Shown here piece by piece: positions 54,924 through 64,000 of a stretch of DNA of 64,000 bases; within the stretch, counting starts at the first letter, position 1, and every line of letters starts with the position of its first letter. The DNA lies in NCBI RefSeq assembly GCF_009914755.1, contig NC_060925.1; one strand, written 5' to 3'. Made by a program: the position numbers and the translations under genes. Source of the DNA: the human T2T-CHM13v2.0 reference genome, Homo sapiens. Below the pieces are notes generated by a model. It made no database searches and was not told the DNA's origin. It worked only from the letters and a program-made list of their open reading frames with translations.

Positions 54924-55279
54924 CAGGGCAGCAGTTGGAAGTTTTCCACAACATAGGCTTGTGGTTGTGAGCTTATTTATTTATTTTTTGGCATAACTAT
55001 TCTCATTTCCTAGGATAGAATTTAATATTGTCATGCTTCCTCACTTTCTGCGAGGAGTACTCTTGTGCCCAGGTACACCTACTGAAGCATTGTGGACCAG
55101 GAAGCTCTGGCCCAGAGGTTTTCAAATGACAGTCCCCAGACTCAGGCATCATTGTGGTTGCTTGCTCTCCCTGGGGAGAATGAGAGGGGATCGGGTGGTG
55201 GCCAAGCTAGTGAGGCTCTAGGTCCCGCCCTTGCTCCAACTAAAATCACTCTGTTCTCACATGCCCTTTGTGCTGGGTT

Positions 55280-55730
55280 TGTAACAGTCAGGGCCTTACC
55301 AGGAAACAGAAACCATGCAAGTATGAATACTGGAGGGATTTAATGCAGGACATTTATTATACAGGCTACAGAAAAGCTTAGAAGCAGAACTACAAAGCCC
55401 CCTTTTGTACTGAAGGCTCAGAGGGAAAAGGCTGTGTCCCAGAGCGTAGGGGCTGCTTGGGAGAAGCCAGAAGCACATTGGGCCTATCCTGCAGGAGCGG
55501 GACACAGAGGAGATGCAGCTGCTGCCTGACACACTGCATTAGGCAAAGAGAGCTTCTATCTTCCCCATCTGCAGGCAGGTCTCTATGGTGCCTCAACTGG
55601 CCACACCCAAGTAGGTGTCAGCAACATGGGAGCCTGGATGCTACATTCTGTAAGAGTCAAATCCATGGGCAAACAGGTCAGGACACCCCATGGTTCCAAG
55701 AAGAATACCTGATTGAAGGGTTTTGCTACC
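55280..55730 (-). mobile_element. Old ERVL-like LTR
   Basis: tgtaacagtcagggccttaccaggaaacagaaacc..gagggatttaatgcagg start. Confidence 0.45.
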
Positions 55731-55869
55731 ATCACTCAGTCATTAAATAAAATGAAAACTATGACTGCACTCCAATTCTGTAGGTAATAGATGGGAAGCT
55801 GGTTCAAGGGAGTCAGCAACGTGCTAATAGCCATTAGCTGATGCGTGGCCAAGACTGGACAAAGTTCTA

Positions 55870-56620
55870 TTTTTAAAATCTTTTGTGGGCATATTATACA
55901 CACACACACACACACACACATCTGTGGCGTGCATGAGATGCTTTGATACAAACATGCAATGTGAAATAATTACATGATGGAGAATGGGGTATCCATCCCC
56001 TCAAGCATGTATCCTTTGTGTTACAAACAATCCAATTATACTCTTTTAGTTATTTTTAAATGTACAGGTAAGTTATTATTGATTATAATCTCCCTGTTGT
56101 GTGATCAAATAGTACATCTTATTCATTTTTTTCTAGCTATTTTTTGTACCCTTTGATATGGTCTGGCTGTGTCCCCACCCAAATCTCATCTTGAAGTGTA
56201 GCTCCCATAGTTCCCTGGTGTTGTGGGAGGGACCCATTTGGAGGTAACTGAATCATGGGGGCGGTTTCCCCCATACTGTTCTCATGGTAGTGAGGAAGTC
56301 TCATGAGATCTGATGGTTTTATAAATGGATTTCCCCTTTTGCTTGGCTCTCATTCTCTCTTGCCTGCTACCATGTAAGATATGCTTTTTGCCTTCCACCA
56401 TGATTGTAAGGCCTCCCCAGCCACGTGGAACTGTGAGTCCATTAAACCTCTTTTTCTTTATAAGTTACCCGGTCTTGGGTATGTCTTTATCAGCAGCATG
56501 AACGTGAACTAGTACACCCATTAACCATCCTCACCACTCCCCACTACCCTTCCCAGCCTCTGGAAACTATCCTTCCGCGCTCTATGTCCATGAGTTCAGT
56601 TGTTTTCTAGATTTTCTCAT
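55870..56620 (-). mobile_element. L1MA 3' end interrupted by THE1
   Basis: gagaatggggtatccatcccctcaagcat..ttacaaacaatccaattatactc; resumes cccattaaccatcc..ccatgagttca. Confidence 0.88.
56154..56516 (+). mobile_element. THE1 solo LTR
   Basis: tgatatggtctggctgtgtccccacccaaatctcatcttgaa..gaactagtaca; TSD ccctt/cccat. Confidence 0.95.
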
Positions 56621-56670
56621 GCCCAGAATGTGAATTTCCCATTGCTTTTTATATTTAAAATAATCCCTCT

Positions 56671-56982
56671 GGCCCGGCGCGGTGGCTCATGCCTGTATTC
56701 CCAGCACTATGGGAGGCTGAGGCAGGCGGATCACGGGGTCAGGAGATCAAGACCATCCTGGCTAACACGGTGAAACTCTGTCTCTACTATAAATACAAAA
56801 ACATTAGCCAGTCGTGGTGGCGGGCACCTGTAGTCCCAGCTACTCGGGAGGCTGAGGCAGGAGAATGGCGTGAACCCAGGAGGCGGAGCTTGTGCAGTGA
56901 GGGGAGATCGTGCCACTGCACTCCAGCCTGGGCGACAAAGAGAGACTCCGTCTCAAAATAATAATAATAATCATCATCATCA
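56671..56982 (+). mobile_element. AluY with (AAT)n(CAT)n tail
   Basis: gaccatcctggctaacacggtgaaac, gagaatggcgtgaaccc, ggcggagctt. Confidence 0.95.
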
Positions 56983-58384
56983 TCCCGCAAACAATTAAAT
57001 ATCTATCATATATGAGTCCTGGGATGCATGGGGGAAAGGTTCCTAAATGTGTGTGCTATGTTTTCTAACCATTAGGGAAACCTACAGCCAGATGACTTGG
57101 ATCTCAGTTTCCAGGTGCACGTCTTCCCAATAGTTCTAGAAGCTCTTTATTATCTTGTTAAAGACAAATATGGTTTGTGCAAAATCCCATAGTGTGTTTC
57201 TTTTCCCTTCTGAAACAATTCCCCCTGAAATGTGTATCTGGCCATTATCATTTTGCACACAATAGCAAAAACACAAGCCCTGTGGAATTTATAGAGGACG
57301 GCACTTTTAATCATCTTTCATGGTTCACCTTAATTGTATATCATTTTTATTAACAGCTTAAAAAATTAGTTATTCTTGCTGGCATTTTTATGACCTATTT
57401 AATATCACAGATCAGGAGTTTTATTGTATTGTATTCTGGGTACTATATACAAACTGGGAAACCGAAGGGGAAAAAAACTTGCCCTCATGATGTTATGGAT
57501 TGCAGGGAAGAAAAATGCTGATAATGGTCTTATAGTAGAATCGTTCCAGATTACATGGTTTACCCTGGGCTTTTATTTCTGTGTCTGTACAATAATTGTA
57601 ATTTTACTGCAAAAGCTGAGTGCTGGATAAAGACTTCCCTTTAGGAGTAATTTAATTTAATAAAAAAGCTCTGCCCAGGGTCAGTATTACAAAAAAGCAG
57701 GAGACGTTTCAAGAGCTGCCCCCCTATCCATGACAACAGCTACCTTCCCAAAGGGCTGTTGTGCTGGCATCAGCTCTGTTCGAGAATTTGATTACTCAAT
57801 ACAGTTCTGTAGTGCAAGGAATAAAAAAAAATTAAAGAGTCACTCGTGATTAAACCAACAATGTCCTAAGCTCTTTTCAGAGTTTTGAGCAAGGGAAGGA
57901 ATCCTCAGCAAAAAAGAAAAACTTGCTGCTCTGGGTTCTGGAAGAGGGGTCCCTCCCAAGGCCTGCTCAGAATCTTCGGGACGAGTGGCCCCTCAGTCAT
58001 ACGCCCGCCATTGGGAATAACGTCTCCTTCTTGCTCTCCAGAATCCCAGCTGGGCTTTTGCCCTGCTCAGCTCAGTGAATTTCTTATTAATATTGGCTGC
58101 CTCAGAATGTCTTAGGCCTGCCCTTGTGAGGAAGGGGTTGACATGGCTGGCTTGTTGTCTCCTGAACAGCACAGGGCTGACCAGGTCACTTCCAAGCACT
58201 CCAGGCCTCTCCCACCTCAGCCAACTGCAGGCTGGCCCCGCACGCCCCTGGAGCTGATGCGGCAAGAATGGGCAATGTTAGCCTTAATGTCTCCTTGAAG
58301 CCAACCCCCAGCACCAGCCAAGATCCTGCACATCACCGACCTCAGATTCCTGTATCTCCTTCCACATAGCAGATCATCACTCAC

Positions 58385-58467
58385 CTTCTGGAGTTGGACA
58401 GAAAGAACATCTGCGGCTGTGCTTTTTGCAGGATGCTGGTGCCTCCAGGGCATGCCAAATACTTGCT
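58385..58467 (-). other. Candidate 83-nt spliced exon (probably non-coding; unverified)
   Basis: Minus-strand acceptor ttttatttcatcag|AGC and consensus donor AAG|gtgagt. Confidence 0.25.
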
Positions 58468-58548
58468 CTGATGAAATAAAACAGCAGCAGCCTCTTCCCA
58501 ATTTTCAGGGGAGAAGCCATGTTAATGATAGAATTATCTCAATTTTAG

Positions 58549-58891
<343 letters not shown>

Positions 58892-60499
58892 TAATTTTAG
58901 CTTTCTATCCCAGAAAAGTTTCTTAGACCTTTGGGTGTCAGCTGCCACCTGCACCCAAATGAGCATGAACACTCAGGAAAACAAAAAAGTAGAAATGAAT
59001 GGTAAGGGAATGCCTGGAAGTGGCTGTCACACTTTGCAAACCTTTATAGGGTTACAAAGTGCCCACTGAGACAAAAGTCCTGATGGCTTTAATTGTAAGC
59101 CATCACGACTTTTAATTGGAAAGATACAGTCTTGCCCTGCAAGAAAATGGATGGATGAGTTGGGGCCAGAGAAAGGAGGGAGATCTTCACAAGCAGGGAG
59201 GTCCGAAGCTCCTGTAGCCCCAGGGGAGGGTCTGATAGATGGGACATCGCAGTGGGCCCGCTGTGGTTCACAGCTACTCATAACTTCTTTGGTGGTGTGG
59301 GAGCTGCTTCCTCACAAGATGCTCCGTGTGGCTTGCTGCTTTTCACTGAGGGCTTAACAGCACCTTAGCGCTTCCATGAACTCTTGTTCTTCAGGATAAA
59401 TACATTATCTTACCAGAGAGAGAGCTCTGCTGTCAGACCTGGCTGCGTTCACACTACCCTAGTGAGCCACATCCAGTGAGACGCCCGGGCGATGGAGACG
59501 CCGGCTTGTTCCTGTTCACACCCCCCATCAGAAGCCAGCTTTCCACAGCTGCTCCAATGAGTGCAATCCTTTCTCCGAGGACACAGCTCCTGCAAGCAGG
59601 AAAACGCAGTGACATGGTGCCAGTATACTGCTGTTTGTATCTGTGCATTGCTCCCTGGCGTTTGCCTACCTTGCACTTGCAGGGAAGTCTTGATGCATAT
59701 GTGTTATCGAGGTGCATATGGAAGGCCTTGTCTGCAGAAATCTGCTCCTCTGTTGGGGGCAGATGGTACTGCTTCCCATTTTCCATCTTTCTTTATCGCT
59801 AGGTCCTCGAGAGGCATTGTCCCCCACAGGGCTTGGGGTAAACTCAGAATTACACCAAGAGGCCTCAGAGTGTCGAGGCTCGCTGGCTTTGGGATGAGAA
59901 CCTTGAAGCATCCTGCCTCCGTGGGCTCTTCCCTTGCTGAAGGATGCTGAGGAGGATCCCGAGGATGCTGAGGTCCAGGTGACGGCATTACATCTAATCT
60001 GAACACCCACCCCCACTCCCCCACACAAAAATATCCACACCATTTGATGGTGGCTTATGGACAGCCAGGACTTTTCTAAAAATGTATTCCAGAAAAGGAG
60101 CAAGTGGCCATGGCTGGAAACTCCTGGACAGCCTGGCATGTGTGCCCTTTGGGTCTGTGGTCAGCCTCTTCCTCCAGGTCCTACCCTCTTGTCCTCACGG
60201 GTGGCCAGACCTGCACCCAGAGAAGGCCTGTGGTGGGGCCTCAGCAGAATTGCCACTCAGTCTTCCTGCCTCCAGTGTGATGACCCTCCAACATTCCAAT
60301 GGCTGCCAAGTTCAGAGCTTTTTGCTTTGCTTGTGAAGTCACGCTCATCACCTCCTGAGGTGTTTCTCTCAGGAGCTGGGCTGCACATCGCTGGCCAGTT
60401 CCACAGCGTTACTGAACTCCAAGTCCTCTAGGGTGATGGCGACCTGAACAAGCATTCCTAAGCACTTAGGAATAAATGGGATAAATAAATAGATCCCAT

Positions 60500-61215
60500 T
60501 TATTTATCCATTCATCAATGGCACCCATGAAGTGCTGGATCTGTCCTAGGACTTGGTGTACAACTGTGAACAGAACAGATCTCTCTCCCTCGTCCTGTGG
60601 AGTTAATGGATTGGAAGAGGGGCAATAAAGAAACAGATGAGTGGATTATATTATCCCCCTTCCTGATAAAGCCAGCAGAGACATAGATAAGGGAGGGGTG
60701 GGGGATGGTTAGGGTGGGGGATGGCACATGAGTGGAGATAGTGAGAGAGAAGTGATCAGAAGAGGGTCCCCATGACCCTGGGGCTGTGTTCCAGCCTCCG
60801 GAAGAGGAGGCTTGCAGGTGAGGCTGCAGCTTAGGTGTGGCTGTGGAGGAGTGGTGGGGGTGGATCCCAGTGCTCATGAGGAGTGGGGCTAGGGAGGAGC
60901 AGAGGATGGAGGGCCCAGTGGTGACAGCAAGGATTCAGGAGGACTTATACATGGAGGGACTTGGGGAACTTCCAGGAGAAGAGTGGAGGGATCTAATTTG
61001 TGATTGCCTAAGATCACCCTGCTGCGGTGCTAGGCTGTAAAGGCCCCAGGGCAGAAGCAGAAAGATCTCTTAGAAGGCTACTAAGACAATGCAAGGAGGA
61101 GATGGCTATGACGTGATGAGAAATGGATTATTGATTCTGGGTATATTATGACCACACAGGTAACAGGATTGGCAATAGCTTGGATGAAAGAAAGAGAAGT
61201 CAGGCAGAATCCCAA
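60500..61215 (-). mobile_element. L2 3' fragments
   Basis: atttatccattcatc..ctgtcctagg..tgtgaacagaacaga..; gaagcagaaagatctcttagaaggcta..gattctgggtatatt. Confidence 0.65.
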
Positions 61216-61223
61216 AGGAGAAC

Positions 61224-61322
61224 GCTATGGTTTGAATGCATCCCCCAAAGTTCACATATTGGAAACTTAATCCCAATGCAACAGTGTTGAGACGTGGGAC
61301 ATTGAAGAGGTGATCAGGTGAT
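61224..61322 (+). mobile_element. MST(C/D)/MLT1A 5' LTR fragment
   Basis: gctatggtttgaatgcatcccccaaagttcacatattggaaacttaatccc. Confidence 0.75.
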
Positions 61323-62279
61323 CAACTGTTAGTTACTTTTTACACATGGTACAAGGTATGCATCCAAGTTCATTTCATTTCGCATGGATATACAATCGTT
61401 CCAGCATCATGGATTTATTTTTAAAAAGAGTATTTTTTTCTGCACTGAATTACTCTTGCACCTTTGCAAAAAAATATTTTTCCATATGTGTATGGTTCTA
61501 TTTCTGGACTATTTCATTCCACTAATCTATTCACCCGTCTTGATGCCAATATCATGCTGTCTTGATTTTAGGAACTTTATAATAAGTCTTGAAGTCAGAC
61601 AATGTTAGTTCTCCAATACTACTCATCTTTACCAAAGTAGTATTGACTATTTTAGGTCTTTTATAGTTCCATATGAATTTTCGGGTCAGTTTGTCAATTT
61701 CTACCCAAAATATGGCCTCTGGGATTTTGATTGAGATTATCATCGAATGTACAGATTCATTTGTAGAGAGCTGATGTCTTTAAAATATTTGCTTCTCACC
61801 TATGAGCACAGTATATCTTACCATTTATTTTTATCTTTAAATGTCCTTCAGTAATATTTTGTAACTTTCAGTGTATATGCCTTAGACATCTCCAGTCAGA
61901 CTTTTCCTATTTCCTTTTTCCTATTTTTGATGCTTTCATAAATGACATTTTGTTGTAATTTCAATTTCCAATTGTTTATTGCTAGTGTCATCAAAAAAAC
62001 GATTAATTTTCACAGGATCTTATTTCTTGCAACCTCTCTCACTACATTCACTTATTACTTTCAGTAGCTTTCTGTAGACTTCATTGGATTTTTTGCATGT
62101 TGTCTGGGAGCAAAGACAGACTTGTTTCTTCCTTTATCGTGTGTATGTGCTTTATTTTTTTGTACCTTGTTTTGATGTCAAAAATGTGTCAAATATACAT
62201 GGTGAGAAGGTACCTCTCAGTCTTGTTGCCATTAAGTATGATGCCAGCTGTATGTTCTCCATAGATACCTTTCATCACG

Positions 62280-63164
62280 TGTATTAACCATGCCTTTTTA
62301 CTTTCTGTATTTCTGATCTTTTGACATCTTGGGGTCTGGCTGACCCTGGAGGGACTACCCCTCCCAGGGCTGACAGCTCCTAGAAGCAGGGGTTGTCCTC
62401 ATTGTTCATGTGAGTTGCCTTTCATATCCAAACAAACCCATCCAGGGATCACACCCCACAATCTCCTTTACAGAGTTCAGTCTCCTGCCCTAACACCTCA
62501 GCACCAGGGACCAGGCAACTAGGAACAGTCCCTTCACCCTGGAGCCTACCAAAATTAGCCTACTGTGCCTTGCCTGTTTCTTCCCACATGAACCATGATA
62601 AATGCTTGATATGGTTTGGCTGTGCCCTCACCCAAATCTCATCTTGAATTGTAGCTCCCGCAATTCCCACGTGTTGTGAGAGGGACTAGGTGGGAGGTAA
62701 TTGAATCATGGGGGCAGGCCTTTCCCATACTTTTCTCATGATAGTGAATAAGTCTCAGGAGATCTGATGGTTTTATAAAGGGGAGTTCCCCTGCACAAGT
62801 TCTCTTCTCTTGTCTACCACCATGTGAGATGTGCCTTTCACCTCCCACCATGATTGTGAGGCCTCCCCAGCCACGTGGAACTGTGAGTCCATTAAACCTC
62901 TTTTTCCTTATACATTATCCAGTCTCGGTTATGTCTTTATCAGCAGCGTGAAAACAGAGTAATACAAGGCTCTTGCCCACATTTTCTGCTCTCTCGCTGG
63001 ATCTCCTAACTGGCCCCAGTACTTCCTTGTGTGGTCCCGTGGGGCCTCGGATGCCCCCACCTCCTAGGCACTGTGAGTAACAAGCCATCTTTCCAATGAC
63101 AGTTATCTCCTGAACTGTTAGCCTTGCCATACCTGAATAATAATAAAACCCATATTTTATGACA
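62280..63164 (+). mobile_element. ERVL solo LTR, MER74A-like
   Basis: tgtattaaccatg..gacatcttgggg..gaccctggagggactacccctcccagggct; ends gccttgccatacctgaataataataaaacc. Confidence 0.8.
62607..62966 (+). mobile_element. THE1B-like solo LTR
   Basis: tgatatggtttggctgtg..gtgaaaacagagtaataca; TSD atgct/aggct. Confidence 0.95.
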
Positions 63165-63851
63165 CAGGCTCAGGAAGTTTTCTGTTTCTATTTTTCTGAG
63201 AGTTCAAATCAGAGATGGATGTTGGGTTTGGTGTTGCTTATTTTTTAAATTTAAAGGTTTTATTCTGTTGTCTTCTGGTTTGCATGCTTTAGGAGGAGAA
63301 ATATGCTCTAATTCTTATTTTTTTGTTCCTCTATATTTAAAATGTCTTTTTTTCCCTGGCTGTCAGCAAGATTTTCTCCTTATCTTTGGTTTTCAGAAGT
63401 TTGTGATGTGTCCAGTATATTATTTCAGTATTTTTCATGTTTAAGGTTTTCTTTGATTCTTGGAGGTGTGGTTTAATGCCTTCCATTGTTTTTAGAAAAA
63501 TCTTGGTTAATTTCTTCAAATATTTTTTCTACTTCACTTTCTCCCTCTTCTACTTTTGGGATTCCAGGTGCACATATATTAAACCATGTGATACGTTTCT
63601 ACAGCTCCTAAACACCCTGTTCTGATTTTTTTCACTCTTATTTTTCTTTATGTTTCATTTGTCTATTTTCTACTGATCTATTATTGAGTTCTAATTCTTT
63701 CTTCAGTTATATTAGGTCTGATAATGAGCCTCCTAAACGAATTATTTAATTCTAGCATTTACTTCCATTTGACTTGTATCATTCCTATCCACCTGCTCAA
63801 GTTCCTTTTATTCATACATGGTGTCCATCTTTTCTACTTTGTCCTTTAACA

Positions 63852-64000
63852 CAAGTGTTCTCAACCCTCCCCTTCCCCCCAAGGCCATGGACTAGTTTTG
63901 GTCTGCAGCCTGTTAGGAACCAGGCTGCACAGCAGGAGGTGAGCAGCAGGTGAGTGAGCATTACCACCTGAGCTCCGCCTCCTGTCAAATCAGCGGCAGC
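63852..64000 (+). mobile_element. hAT-Charlie MER1(B)-like, cut by the window end
   Basis: gcctgttaggaaccaggctgcacagcaggaggtgagc..gagcattaccacctgagctccgcctcctgtca. Confidence 0.85.

Larger units (their letters stand above)
61325..63850 (-). mobile_element. Old L1M fragments (ORF2 and ORF1 pieces), interrupted by MER74A/THE1
   Basis: Minus ORF 61552-61743 (IPEAIFWVEIDKLTRKFIWNYKRPKI..GELTLSDFKTYYK) is L1 ORF2p-like; 63337-63519 (KLLKTKDKEKILLTAREK) is ORF1p-like. Confidence 0.85.

Noticed and set aside
59449-60431. Cluster of overlapping 100-157-aa ORFs
   Set aside because: Open on both strands in moderately GC-rich DNA with no recognisable domain; consistent with chance

Overview
This looks like primate (human-like) non-coding DNA, intergenic or deep intronic, and roughly half or more of it is decayed transposable elements. 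These include about 11 Alus (J, S and Y types), old L1M/L1PB fragments, L2, MIR, many solo LTRs (five THE1, plus MST, MLT1, MLT2, LTR16/33/41-like, MER39-like, MER74A) and DNA-transposon MITEs (MER107, MER47A, MER5A, MER1B). I find no credible protein-coding exon, RNA gene or CpG island. The listed ORFs are L1/Alu remnants, simple-repeat artefacts or chance ORFs, and I cannot support a new biological system here. The most notable structures are: (1) a 210-bp, 4-mismatch non-TE direct repeat spaced 1,967 bp apart; (2) an older ~300-bp duplication whose boundary coincides with a candidate minus-strand exon flanked by inverted Alus; (3) a twin-primed 5'-inverted L1PB whose TSDs differ by reciprocal CpG decay; (4) three overlapping perfect inverted repeats at an L2 tail; (5) nested TE stacks; and (6) THE1 LTRs retaining DUX4 motifs. 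Repeat subfamily names come from recalled consensus sequences and need RepeatMasker/Dfam confirmation. Boundaries of old elements are approximate.
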